A DNA stretch of 64,000 nt from Epithemia pelagica (lineage: Eukaryota > Protista > Bacillariophyta): positions 2,976,001-3,040,000 of the forward strand of contig OX337240.1 of assembly GCA_946965045.2 (NCBI GenBank), read 5' to 3'. The position numbers and the translations under genes are program-made. Below the pieces are notes generated by a model. The model was not told the origin of the DNA. It searched no databases and saw only the letters and a list, made by a program, of their open reading frames with translations. Positions 11,508 through 23,714 of the stretch are shown here, piece by piece. Numbering within the stretch: position 1 is the stretch's first letter; the number at the start of each line of letters is the position of its first letter.

Positions 11508-12530
11508 TCAGCAGGGATGCTGGCCCGGACCTCGAAAGATGCTCAAAAAGAGATCCAAGGACTTTTGTTGCTTCAAGGTTTGGGCTAGACTGTCCACATC
11601 TGGTTCTCGGAGAGACCACCAGGGTTGTTCCTCTTGTTCTTGAAGGGATCGACCATTGATGGTACTAGAAGTAGTAGCACAACGAGACTGGTGGTCTTGA
11701 GGTTGACGATTCCTCGTACACGAGAAGGAGGATTTGGAATAGGAATCTTGCAGTGGTTGATGCTTGGGACCAAGAGGATTGGGACCTAGCAAAAGATCTT
11801 CCTGGCCACAGTTGTGGACAATGTGTTTTGGGGAAGAAAAGCGTGGTGAATCGTTCGCTGTTGACAAAGGTGATCCTGGCCCTTGCCGATGAAGGCTCAT
11901 GGTACAGGGGCTAACGCAAGACACTCTTGGCGTCATTGGTGGAGATACCCATTCGGTCTGACTGCATCCATTTGGCTGGGGCAAGTCCAACTTGAAAGGC
12001 TCCAGTGAAGTGTCCCTTGGGGAGATTGTTTTATCTACCATGACTGGATGAAAGCCGGTAGAGGGCTTGGAAATGGGGCTCTTGGAAGTATATTCTTGAG
12101 GCTGCTGGCACTTGGATCCTTCCTTTATGACGGCATCCCAGGGTGGCGATGATACTGAGGACGACATGGATTGTCGTACCATTTGATTTCTCCAATCAGC
12201 CTCCAGCTTACGACGACGTAGCTTTTGCTGCCGTGCGTAGCGTTCAAACTTGATCTTGGTCTCGGCATCCAATTGACTCCACTGGGATGCGACATGGCGT
12301 GTCATTTCTGGAATTTCATGAATTTTTCGGTCTCCCTTTCGGCTGGAACGTTCCCTCTTGGACTTGTGGTTGCTAGTCTTCTTGTCATTGGTGCTGATGA
12401 GTGACCCTTGGTTAGCCATGGTAGACGACAAGGGCATGGCACGGTTGCCACTCATCCTGCTCAAAGGGACTTTGTCCTGATGGTCTGGTTGCGAACCAAT
12501 GGGTCGAGAATTACAAGGCTGAATTTGCAT
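11508..12530 (-). CDS. Divergent HMG-box-like protein
   Basis: EMTRHVASQWSQLDAETKIKFERYARQQK matches HMG helices 2-3; first-helix motif not recognisable. Confidence 0.6.
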   Translation of the reverse strand: MQIQPCNSRPIGSQPDHQDKVPLSRMSGNRAMPLSSTMANQGSLISTNDKKTSNHKSKRERSSRKGDRKIHEIPEMTRHVASQWSQLDAETKIKFERYARQQKLRRRKLEADWRNQMVRQSMSSSVSSPPWDAVIKEGSKCQQPQEYTSKSPISKPSTGFHPVMVDKTISPRDTSLEPFKLDLPQPNGCSQTEWVSPPMTPRVSCVSPCTMSLHRQGPGSPLSTANDSPRFSSPKHIVHNCGQEDLLLGPNPLGPKHQPLQDSYSKSSFSCTRNRQPQDHQSRCATTSSTINGRSLQEQEEQPWWSLREPDVDSLAQTLKQQKSLDLFLSIFRGPGQHPC

Positions 12531-14323
12531 TGTCGAGAAAACTCTTTAGGTTTGATACACAAAAGGGAAGGTTGATGCAGATCACGCTTTGATTTCTATT
12601 TGGATTAGTTTGTGTTTTGTGACCTGAAATGGTGAAGGGGATGGAAGCAAAACATCTCGAACGACGACATGTCTTTACAACATAATATAACATTCATTAT
12701 AGTGTTATTGGGCATGCGATGTAGCCACAAGCCCCCCAAACGACCTCCATAGCTTCATGCATACTACTTTGCTACCTGGTCCCCCAGAATACGACTGAAC
12801 CGAGTCATTTTCGATGGACTCAAATGACCAGGATCATGCTCACCTACAGTCTATTATAGACTTGCCAACTTCCAAAAGAGATGCCACCAGACAAATCGAA
12901 CCTGCACAGGCAGCAATGAACGGTCATGATTGTTTCGTCTGTGGATCAGAATTTGAGGCAGGGGCACCATGCGATGATGGAAGAACGGATGCTTTCTTCT
13001 TTGACTTGACCCATCTTATTGAAACACCGTCAGAAGACGACTAGAGGTATCCATAGTTCGACCGAAGACAATCCGAATGAATGCCTTCCGTGTCGGCTTG
13101 ACCAATTCATTTAAAGGGGACAAGCGAAGCGGTGGTCGTGGCTAACAGAACACCTTATACCGTATACCGTATCCGAAGCGTCCAAAGGTTCTGGACTGTA
13201 CTCGAGCCACAGAGGAACACAGCTGCCGGGTCATCCGTCATCGCTGTCTAATTACTAATTACAAGCTTGCTCCTAGACGCGTCTAAGAAGGTACGGTTAT
13301 ACTAGTATCTAAAATAAAAGTTTTAGACAGAAAGCCTTAACCCTTTCGTAGCGCCACCAAGAATTCATCTCGCAATGAACCAAGAGGTAACTCCGCCTAA
13401 GGTATCTTTTTGCATGCTAAGAGATTAGAGAATGCAAGAACAATAGCATCCTTACCATCCAATAACTCTGGCATCAAGCATGGTATCAGATGTGATGCTG
13501 GATTCTCCTCCCGTATGGCATCCCACTAGTGACCAGAGCTGCAAATGACACCAACGACAACACTGTATGAGGATATTATGAGGTTCTTTCATCTTATTCT
13601 GAGTCACTCCAAAGCCTCTAGAAGAGAGCCAGGAAGACGGATTCTCTTCCTATAGATTGTGTTATGGTAGCTTATGCTCGCTTCTTATACTCATCCTGTT
13701 AGCATAGCGAGATGTTTAGGGTTAGGGTGATTGCTTCGCCGTAAGAGAGCTTTTAGACAATGTTTTAGACATTCTATACGTCTAAACGTGGTATTGGATT
13801 TCTATTAGACACCAAATATTAAATTTTTGGCCGTCTAAGCGGTCACACGTCACACTGGTCAAATCGTCGAATGTTTGGTGGACCAGTCACCGTCACCAGT
13901 CATCGTGACTATTGCCCCACCGAACGTAGCTAGCGCTCTGGGTGTGATGACACTGCGTCGTTCGTTCCCTTCGGTACGATGCGTTTGCGGTACCCGGACT
14001 CTGTCCCGCCACGACTCCACGTAAACATGACTCGATAGGTCCCTAGTTGAATCTTTGACACCGACGTTCGCAGAATTCAGTCCGTCCTTGTCCCGTGTGC
14101 AGATGGCTTCTCTGGCCATCGCTCACTTTCCTAGCCTAATTCCTAAAGATCATAATTTTACGTCCTACCATTATACATGGGTATGGCACTCTTCAGATTC
14201 CTCAACGCCCTTGTTTTTCCTTCTTCACCATAACACGCCTCCGGCGGCCAACGTTTGTGCAATTCCTTTTGCCCGTCCTTTGATTCCTTTCCTTTCCTTT
14301 TCTCAACATTGCATCTCTCCATC

Positions 14324-15610
14324 ATGGCAGACAACACCAATGGGTTCATCACCCTTGTCGATGCACTCCGCTTCCAACGTCGCGTTGATGAGGCTCTGTC
14401 CTCCGATTCCTTTTCTGCTCTCAAGCTCAAAGATGACGACGACAAGTACTACGCCAACCTCCTCCCATTTCGGGAGTCGACGGATGAAGACCCTCGAGAT
14501 CTCTTCCTTTGGGTCCTCCACTTCGTGGACAAGATCCGCATCTCCGGTCATCCGGATCCCTTCGCCGCTTGTTGCGAGTATTTCCCTCGCTCGGTCACCA
14601 GCGCTATCGCCGATCCCTTTCTCGAAGCCTACAACGGTTTGCCTCCAGGCACCAATCTCGATGAAGCCTGCTTCCAAGGTTTGATTGCTGCGGTTTTTGC
14701 TCCCCTTGTCCTTGTCAGTGAAGTTAGTGCTTTCCGCACCTTCCTTCTTTCTGGGCCTCAAAAGCCCTCAGACATGACAGTGGACTCGCATCTGCAGTCC
14801 CTTCGCAAGTTTTCCAACCTCAGCTCTGACGCTGCGATCGTCCCTCTTACAGAAGACAAAATCAAACAAGCCTTCTACCAAGGCTCGCCCACTACGTGGC
14901 GCACAGAGTTCCAACAAGCCAATCCCTTGGTGCCGGACATTGTCAATCACTTTGACACGGCTGCTCTCTTGCAAGCAATGCGCGGATACCTGCGCGCCTC
15001 CAAGCAAAAGGCCCTACAACGTGAGCAACAGCAAAATCGTTCGCAGTCTCGTCAAGACCGCTCTCGTCCTCGCGACTCCAACAACAGCGGCAATCGCGAT
15101 CGTCGCGTGCGCTCTCGCCAGTCTCGCAGTGGACTCCGCGGTGGCAATCGTGATTCTTCACGTGGCGGAAATCGCCGTGGCGGCTCCGACCGTACCGACT
15201 CCTCCGGAGACACTCGTGGCGCCTCCGATGGCAACAACAACTCCGATCCTTGTCCGTATCGGACCACGATGGATTCTCATCGCAACCATTCTTGGGCTGA
15301 TTGCATTTATAATCCTACGGGTTGCAATTTTAATCAAAGCCTTTTCGACGTCATGGTCCAGCGCTCCAACCGTTCTACCGGTGGCAATGCCGGAAGCAAT
15401 CCCCCTCAAGGTGGTTCCAATAGCAATAACAACCCGTGTGGTGGCTCTTCCGCTCCTCTGCGTTCCACTTGGGGCTCTCGTCCTTGCCGGCAATGGATGG
15501 AATGCCGTTCCTGCCAATCCTCCTACCGTAGCTCCTCCTCCAGGATGCGTTCCTACCATTCCTGTCGATGCCGAGGGACTCCAGCAGTGGAGCGATCTTC
15601 GCAATCCTGA
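14324..15610 (+). CDS. gag: Gypsy gag-like ORF (3' part likely frameshifted)
   Basis: First long ORF after the 5' LTR; R/S/G-rich region and C-x-H...H-x-W-x-x-C knuckle-like motif; positional inference. Confidence 0.7.
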   Translation: MADNTNGFITLVDALRFQRRVDEALSSDSFSALKLKDDDDKYYANLLPFRESTDEDPRDLFLWVLHFVDKIRISGHPDPFAACCEYFPRSVTSAIADPFLEAYNGLPPGTNLDEACFQGLIAAVFAPLVLVSEVSAFRTFLLSGPQKPSDMTVDSHLQSLRKFSNLSSDAAIVPLTEDKIKQAFYQGSPTTWRTEFQQANPLVPDIVNHFDTAALLQAMRGYLRASKQKALQREQQQNRSQSRQDRSRPRDSNNSGNRDRRVRSRQSRSGLRGGNRDSSRGGNRRGGSDRTDSSGDTRGASDGNNNSDPCPYRTTMDSHRNHSWADCIYNPTGCNFNQSLFDVMVQRSNRSTGGNAGSNPPQGGSNSNNNPCGGSSAPLRSTWGSRPCRQWMECRSCQSSYRSSSSRMRSYHSCRCRGTPAVERSSQS

Positions 15611-15963
15611 AAAGACGGTCCCCGCAATGTCAGATCCAAACTGGCCCGCCAACGGCTATGCCAGCAGCGCAATCCATCCCGATGCACCCATCAACGAGGT
15701 CATCGACCAGTTCAACAAAATTTATGGACGCGGCATGGACATTGGCCACATCTACGACCTGTCCACCCAAGGAGGTCTCGCTGCTTACTCCCGCGTCTCT
15801 ATGTCGTGATGACGCTTTTATAAGAAAGGTGATTGATCCCAATAACGGTTACTTGGATAACCTAGAGTCTTATGATGAGTTCTACTCCCAATTTCCTTCA
15901 TCTAGTGATGTTCATTCGTAAGATTCGCCTTCTCGGCCTGAATGCGTTCCACTCACCATCGTC

Positions 15964-18900
15964 ATGGCTCGCCATATTGGCGGTGTTGAGAATACGCTTC
16001 CCTTGCGTGCCCCGCTCGATTCAGGCGCTGACAAGACAATTCTTCATTCACGCTGCCTTCAACCGGGCATGATACCGCGGTCTACCGACCGTTCCGTGAA
16101 CACGACCATGGGAACTCGTTCCGGTGTGTCCGAAATTCTCCTGGAAGACATTGTTCTCCCAGAGTTCTCACGAACCAAACACGTAACCTATCCCTTATGG
16201 GTCGACATCTATGATGCTCCCAACAGTCGCTATGATATCATCATCGGTCGCGATTTGCTTCGCCGTCTGGGCGTCCTTCTTGATTTCGATCGTGGGATCT
16301 CCTCGTGGGACTCCATTGAAGTCGCCATGCGCGACCGCGATTCATTCGCGACTGAACACGAGTTCGTCTCCCATTTCATCGATCTCCTCGCAGATGATGA
16401 CGTCCTCGGTGACGATTACCTGCTCGATTCAAATTACAAACAGGCAGATCTCGATGAGCTTCTCGCTCACCAGACTCATCTGACGCCCTCACAACAACAA
16501 GATCTTCTTGGTGTGTGGCTGAAATGCGGGCGCATCTTTGATGGCGTCCTGCGTGCCTATCCAGACAAAGAGCTGCATCTCGATCTCATGCCCGATGCCA
16601 AACCGGCTCATCATCGTCATTATGCGGTCCCTCGCAATATCCATGACACCTTTAAAAAGGAATTGTTTCGGTTTGTCGATATCGGCATTCTCGAACGAGT
16701 TGGTTCCACTGAGTGGGCCGCTCCTCATTTCGCCATTCCTAAAAAGATGGACAAATCCAAATGATCTCGGACTTTCGTTCGCTTAATGCACAAATGTATC
16801 GCCGCGTCTATCCCTTTCCAAGGATCGAAGATATCCTTCGACGACGCAAAGGCTACAAGTATTTCACAAAACTTGACATCTCTATGTGTTTTCACACTTT
16901 CAAACTCGACGAGTTTTCCAGCAATCTTTGCGTTATCACTACGCCTTTTGGCAAGTTTTGCTATCGTCGTCTCCCTATGGGAGTCAAGCAATCCCCAGAC
17001 TTCTGTCAGGAGCTCATGGAAGAAGTCCTCGCTGACTTTCGCGATCACGTCGAAGTCTACATCGACAATATCGGCGTCTTTTCCGACAGTTGGGAAGAAC
17101 ATATCGAGATTCTCAACAAAGTCCTTCAACGTCTTCAAGACAAGAACTTTTCAATCACTCCTCACAAATGTGAATGGGCCGTGCAGGAAACCGACTTCCT
17201 TGGCCATTGGCTCACGCCTACAGGTCTACGACCATGGAAGAAAAAGATTTCCGCGATTCTGGTTTTATCGCCTCCTCGCACCATGAAAGAACTACGTTCC
17301 TTCATTGGCATGGTTAATTTCTATCGCCACATGTATCCTCAGCGATCCCATCACTTAGCTCCGCTAACAGCCTTGACCGGCAAGAAGACCTTTGAATGGT
17401 CCCCGCAATGTCAGAAAGCCTTTGAAAACGTCAAAGCCATGCTTGCGCATGATGCGTTCATCCGCTATCCCGATCACAACATTCCTTTCCACGTCTATGT
17501 GGACGCGTCTGACTATCAGCTCGGCGCTGTTATCATGCAGGAAAACATCCCTGTCGCGTATTTCTCACGCAAGCTCAACCCTGCTCAGCGGAATTACACC
17601 ACTATGGAAAAGGAGTTACTCTCCATCGTCGAAACCCTCAAGGAGTTCCGCTCCCTGTTGCTTGGCTGTGCCGCCTTGCACATTCATACCGATGACAAAA
17701 ATCTCACCTATGCCACTCTCAACTCCCAACGAGTCCTTCGTTGGCGTCTCTTTCTCGAAGAATACGATCCCATCTTTCATTATGTTCCTGGCCAGGATAA
17801 CGTCATCGCCGACGCGTTGTCGCGTCTCCCTCTTTCAGAAGAGGAGGAGAAGAGTGTCCCTTCCAAGGTCCCTTAAACGCGGTCCCTCGTCTGGACCACG
17901 ATCCCTTTTCGATCATAGCGGCAAACACTCCGTGTTTCAGGTTCCTCGTGCGCCTAATGATGACCCCCGCTTAGCGTCTCGTGACGCGGATTCTCATGAA
18001 TCCCCTATTTTCATGGACGAAGAGTTGATCGATGTGTATCTTAATCATCCCGCCATTACGGCCAACCAACCCCTACCGGTTGACTATGCTACGATATTTC
18101 AGCATCAACAAAACGATGCCGCCTTAATGGCGTTGGTCCAATCCAAACCTGACTATGCAACCCTTTCCTACGGAAAACCCACAACACAACCTTGTCTGTT
18201 ATCGACAATCGGTTAATGCCCTCTGGCGCATTCGCATTCGTGACTCGCTTCTCGCGCATACAGTCAACTGGTATCATCTCGTGCTTAACCACGCTGGTTC
18301 CACGCGACTCCGCGATACTATCGCCATGCACATGACGCATCCCCAATTGGGACTCTACTGCGATCAAGCTGTTTCCAGCTGTCCGACCTGTCAACGGTCG
18401 AAGGTTGTTCATCGACATTACGGAGAATTGCCTCCTCGTGAGGTCCGTGGTAATCCCTGGTCCGACATTGCCGTCGATCTTATCGGCCCCTGGACAGTCA
18501 AAGTCCATGGCAAGGCCCTGACCTTTCAGGCTCTGACGGTCATTGACACTGTCACCAATTTTTGCGAGATCATCCGCATATACAATAAAACCGCTCGACA
18601 TGGTGGTCTCCAACTCAAGAATTCATGGCTTTCACGCTATCCTCGCCCGGTTCGTTGCCTTTTCGATCAAGGCGGCGAGTTCATCGGCCATGCGTTTACG
18701 CAAGTGCTTCGCAATCATGGCGTCAAGCCAGTGCCCCTAACGGCCAAAAATCCACAATCCAATGCCCTATGTGAACGTCTTCATCTGACGATTGGCAATT
18801 CTTTACGCGCTATCGTTAACTACGAGCCGCCGCAAAACATTAATCAGGCCGCTCTCATGGTCGACACTGCTCTGCAAACCGCTGCATACTCTGCACGCAC

Positions 18901-19246
18901 TGCCATTCACGGCAGCCTCAAACATTCTCCCGGCAGTCTTGCGTTCCACCGCGACATGCTGTTCGACATACCCATCCTTGCGGACATGGAATTGATTCGT
19001 CAAAAGCGACAAATCATCGTTGACAAACGAGCTCGACTCGCAAATCGCTCTCGCGTCTTGAATGACTACAAGATTGGAGACCGCGTGCTCATCCGCGCTA
19101 CCAATCCGGACAAATTGGCACTTCGTACCAGTCCCAATCCTTTCACTATCACGCGTGTCCATTCCAATGGCACCGTGACCATTCAACGTGGTCCCCACGT
19201 CACCGAGCGCATCAATATTCGGCGTCTCATCCCTTACCGTGTGTGA
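15964..19246 (+). pseudogene. pol: Gypsy pol (protease, RT, RNase H, integrase) broken into three ORFs
   Basis: LDSGA protease; RLPMG and YIDN (expected YIDD) in RT; VDASDYQLG and RNYTTMEKE in RNase H; HAG...CPTC, IAVDLIG, DQGGEF, ERLH in integrase; ORFs 15964-16764, 16761-17876, 18155-19246. Confidence 0.95.
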
Positions 19247-19693
19247 CATGGGTTTTACTGCCGTTGGCCTCTGGCCCTCAAGCTTTCCCATGGCCCGCTC
19301 GAACTTCCTAGGTCCGACCAGGGAGAGGTAGAGTGCGGTACCCGGACTCTGTCCCGCCACGACTCCACGTAAACATGACTCGATAGGTTCCTAGTTGAAT
19401 CTTTGACACCGATGTTTGCAGAATTCAGTCCGTCCTTGTCCCGTGTGCAGATGGCTTCTCTGGCCATCGCTCACTTTCCTAGCCTAATTCCTAAAGATCA
19501 TAATTTTACGTCCTACCATTATACATGGGTATGGCAGCGTTCGCTCCTATTTCGTATCTTTATTCCACGATTAGTGTAAAGATTACCCATTACTCTCTAG
19601 CCACGCAAATACTCTCTAAAGCTCACAATTTTCGAAAACACACACATCTCACCAACCTTTTGGATATATTTCACAAACGAGTCCAAGTCAGTC

Positions 19694-20164
19694 ATGTTGT
19701 CCAACATTGCGTTCCGTCTCCCCCTTGCCCTTGCTTTTGCCCTTGCCATGTTTGCCTCGGCTGACACCGAGACAATGACGGTCTACTTCAAGGCTACGGA
19801 TGCCTTTGCCAGTGTGATTGTGCTCGACCCGAATGCCACTTTTCCAAGCGCTGGAGATCGGCTCGCAGCCAACTTTCCCATCTACAAGGATACGGCATTC
19901 GCCCAGCCTATTGGATCGAACATTGGCGTCTGTACGGATGGCACTCTGTATTGCACCGAAGGTTTCTCCATCAGCACAGGAACCAGCATGCCCCTTACAG
20001 GCGACGTGGAAGCGGTTGGTTCCGGTAACCTCTTTGGTACCACAGCGTTGAAGATTGTTGCTGGAACGGGAGACTTTGAGGACGAAATTGGGACCGTCAC
20101 TATTTCTGCGTTCAACACTTCGACCACTTCGGGCTTTCAAGCTGTCATTGAGCTCGACGACTAA
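19694..20164 (+). CDS. Small secreted protein, allene-oxide-cyclase/dirigent-like barrel (tentative)
   Basis: Signal peptide (LPLALAFALAMFASA); GD-x(n)-IG-x-x-x-GVC...YC...GSG...IVAGTGDF...GTV pattern recalls the AOC/dirigent fold. Confidence 0.55.
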   Translation: MLSNIAFRLPLALAFALAMFASADTETMTVYFKATDAFASVIVLDPNATFPSAGDRLAANFPIYKDTAFAQPIGSNIGVCTDGTLYCTEGFSISTGTSMPLTGDVEAVGSGNLFGTTALKIVAGTGDFEDEIGTVTISAFNTSTTSGFQAVIELDD

Positions 20165-20605
20165 GTAAAATAGAAAAGAACTCCTCCTTAAAATAAATAA
20201 GGTTACAAGCAGACGTTCTAATGAATTCTTAGAGCATTCGAAATGTTTGATGTGCTTGTTGTTTGATGCATCCCAAAGGGTCGAGATCTATTCTTCTCAC
20301 TCCAGCTGCATTGGTCCATACAAAGAAGAAGAGAGGAAAACAGTTGGATACGTCTCGTATCCAAGATTCTATACATCTCATCGATCATCGATGGATCCTG
20401 GGATCTTTGAAATCTGTCTTATCTCTGCATATTGAAAATTGGGAGAGGGTCTTGCCCCCAATGACGTGCACTAGCGCTCGGGAGTTTTGTGGTGCAGGGA
20501 AAAATCCGTAAGGAGATATCGATCTTTTTCGGCTGGGTATCTTGTATCTTTTCTGGGTTGACGACAAAGAAATCTTTGGTTCAAGGGCGACTTGAGTAAA
20601 TCCCG

Positions 20606-21983
20606 TGTTGGCCGGGGACGTACAAAATGCATCATACCTCAATGCACCAACAAAAGAGCAAACTTATAACACGGCGAGACTAGAATTTGGTCCCGAAAAC
20701 GTTGGTCGACCTGCACTGATTGTTCGTGCCCTATATGGTCTGAAGAGTTCTGCTGCCCGTTGGCGTGATCATATTGCCGCAACGCTTCGTGAAATGAAGT
20801 TCAAAAGTTGCTTGACTGACCCTGATGTCTGGCTTCGACCTCAAGTCCGACCATCTGATGGCTTCCAATACTATGAGTACGTACTTGTCTACATAGACGA
20901 CATACTCTGTGTCAGTCATGCTCCGCGATCGATCATGTTGATCTGGAAAAACGGTATACAATCAAACCCGAGAGTATTAAAGACCCAGACGAATACTTGG
21001 GATCTGAGATTCGACACTATATCATACCAGGTACTGACGATCCTGAGAACAAACCCCGATGGGCCATGTCCTCCGACAAATATGTTAAACGTGCCATATC
21101 TGAAATTGAGACCGAACTATCTAAAGTTGGCCAAAAGCTACAGACACGAGTCTCAACTCCGCTTGCCACTGGGTATCGTCCTGAGATCGACTCATCTCCT
21201 GAATTGGACCCACGACGTGCAAATTACTATCAGGGTCTAATTGGTATCCTTCGTTGGGTGGTGGAACTTGGTCGCATCGATATCATTGTTGCCGTATCAC
21301 AACTGTCCCGATATCTAGCCATGCCACGTGAAGGACACCTCGAACAAGCCTTGCATATTTTTGCATACCTAAAAGCGCATGGACGTTCCACCCTAGTGTT
21401 CGACGACACAACTCCGACCTTCGACGAGGATCGCTTCTTCCAGGCAGACTGGTCTGAATACTACCCTGACGCTAGTGACCCTTTGCCGCCCAATATGCCA
21501 CCACCTCGTGGACGGGCTGCTACGACAACTTGTTTTGTTGATGCCGATCACGCTGGTTGTCTTGCTACGCGTCACTCACAAACTGGTATTCTTATGTTCT
21601 TACAACGAGCACCTTTCTTGTGGTATTCCAAACGACAGAGTACTGTTGAGACATCAACATTCGGCTCTGAATTTGTTGCAATGAAGACTGCCATCGAACA
21701 GATAGAGGGTTTCCGTTAAAAATTGAGAATGATGGGCATTCCACTTGATGGTGAAACCAACGTGTTCTGTGATAATGAATCTGTGTTCAAGAGTGCAACC
21801 ATGCCTGAGGTGACTCTGAAGAAGAAACACAATGCGATTGCTTACCATCGCTTACGTGAGGCGCAAGCCGCCAACATCGTGCGTATCGCCTGGGAAGAAG
21901 GCGAAACCAATCTTGCGGACCTGCTGACAAAATCGTTACCAGGCCCCCGATTGCGATTTCTAGCACAACGTGTTTTGTGGTGA
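20606..21983 (+). mobile_element. Ty1/copia (CoDi-like) RT-RNase H fragment, degraded
   Basis: GDVQNAY, RALYGLKSS, YIDDIL, WVVELGRIDI, DADHAG, TVETSTFGSEF, ADLLTK; frameshift near 21000 and stop at about 21717. Confidence 0.92.
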
Positions 21984-22255
21984 TGACATGATCGAATTCA
22001 TTGTCCTCACACCCCTCTTTTATTTTCCGAATAGACACCCCTCTTAATTGAGAAAAAATAGTCCTGATGGACCGGCCTCTGCTGAAACAAGTCGTGGGCG
22101 ACCTAGTCGAAATGCTTCGCGGGGACTGAGTAAATCCCGCCAACAGGTCGCATATTGGCGGATATATGGTCGCATATTGGCGAATATGCATCGCCTACAT
22201 ATGCTGCTCTAGTCATAATTTTGGTCTAGCCACTTGTTGCACGGTGTCCACTCTC

Positions 22256-22397
22256 TAAGAAAACTGTGCCGTGTCCATACGTTGCACAGTCATCGTTTCC
22301 AAAGCTCCAATAACAAAAAAGAGTGATCTAAACTTAGGAGTGCATTAATCTACTCCCCATCTGTTAACCACGTACCACCTACGGACGGTATTTTTCA
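22256..22397 (-). repeat. 3' LTR of the copia element
   Basis: Identical to 50686-50827; starts TGAAAAATACC on minus, right after the PPT. Confidence 0.92.
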
Positions 22398-22535
22398 GTC
22401 CCCTCAAACAAATACCGGAGTAATCTGGAGTTTGTTTGTTACCGTGTAGGGTGTGAGCGTATTCGGACTACCCTTGTCCGGGAAACCTTAGGACCCTCAG
22501 AAAACCTCTCGAAAAACGAGGAAAGGGCTCACAAT

Positions 22536-23073
22536 TTAGGTATTGTGGTTGTCAGCAATGTCCCAAAGGACCAAACTGAGCAAATGATTCCGCTTCTGAC
22601 CTCCTGGAATCACTTTGGTTGCAATGTCGGCTGGATTGTTCTGCGTTGGGATGTGGGTGGTAAGAATCTCACCCATGGCCACTGATTCGCGAACGGCATG
22701 ATAACAAATCGAATTGGATTTCTTCTTCAGTTGTGATTCGGGTCGTTGGGTGTTGTGGATCACGGACATGTTGTCTCCGTAGACGAGTGATGGTCCACTG
22801 ATTGGCACACCCATCATACGTAGCTTGTATCGTAACCCGCGAATTGCTTCCATACCTGTCTTCAATGCAACGAACTCGGCACCAAACACTGAAGTTTCAA
22901 TCGTCGCTTGTCGCTTTGTGTACCATGCGATTGGGGCCATGTTCAGGAAGATGAAATACCCAGTCCTAGAGCGCCTGACTTGCTTGTCACCGGCATGATC
23001 CGAGTCAACAAACAGTCGCAAGTCCACATCCTTCCCACGCGGCTGAGGCATTTTCGGAGGTATGGCCTCATTA
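22536..23073 (-). pseudogene. pol: Copia RNase H, cut off from RT by the insertion
   Basis: EAIPPKMPQPRGK, FVDSDHAGD, QATIETSVFGAEF, YGDNMSV, NPADIATK. Confidence 0.93.
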
Positions 23074-23419
23074 CGTCTAAGGGCAGCGTCACGCGCCCCC
23101 AAAACGCACACCCCATACGCGCCGTCGGCATGCGCCATTTTTCGTACCCGGTTTTTTTATACGGATTTACACCATTTTGACTAATCCCCCCCCACCATCA
23201 CGCACATACAACATCATACACATTCACGGCGACCCTATCTTCCACGCACGCACACTCCCATCTTCCACGCACAGAGAACTTACCTTCTAAGCACACTGAC
23301 CTTGCCCTCCACGTCCAAAACACTCTGAACACAAAGTACCAACCTCATCGGAACAAGGCATCTATACACCCTCTCCACAGGTGCAATAACACAAGGGCAA
23401 ACCCCCAATCTCTCCTATC

Positions 23420-23630
23420 CCATTCTCCAATGACACCAGCGGAAGCCACTCACCTTTTGCATCCCATGCTCCGAAAGCACCAGCGGAAGCCACACACCAT
23501 TAGCATCCCATGCTCCAAAAGCACTGGCAGAAGCCACCCACCTTTTGCATCTCAGGCACCGAAAGCACCGGCAGAAGCCACCCACCTTTTGCATCTCAGA
23601 CTCCAAAAGCACCAGCAGAAGCCACACACT
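23420..23630. repeat. Imperfect tandem repeats near the left end of the giant element
   Basis: Recurring GCACCAGCGGAAGCCAC and CACCTTTTGCATC units. Confidence 0.7.
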
Positions 23631-23714
23631 TATGGTAACTCATTTCACAACACAATCGATACCATCCACAGAAGAATGTGAAAACATGCACAGAAGCTAA
23701 TGAAGAGATACTAT

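Larger units (their letters stand above)
13986..19536 (+). mobile_element. Ty3/gypsy LTR retrotransposon, full length but decayed
   Basis: 203-bp LTRs at 13986-14188 and 19334-19536 (TG...CA, 3 mismatches); TSD GCGTT at 13981-13985 and 19537-19541; PPT GGGAGAGGTAGAG at 19321-19333; order gag-PR-RT-RH-IN. Confidence 0.97.

Noticed and set aside
12814-13044. 76-aa ORF
   Set aside because: Short, no recognisable domain or supporting context
13337-13357. piggyBac-like end TTAACCCTTTCGTAGCG
   Set aside because: No matching inverted end found nearby
23071-23082. 12-bp TIR (TTACGTCTAAGG) with no TSD
   Set aside because: That reading leaves the copia frame broken; the 9-bp TIR plus TA reading restores GDVNEAIPP
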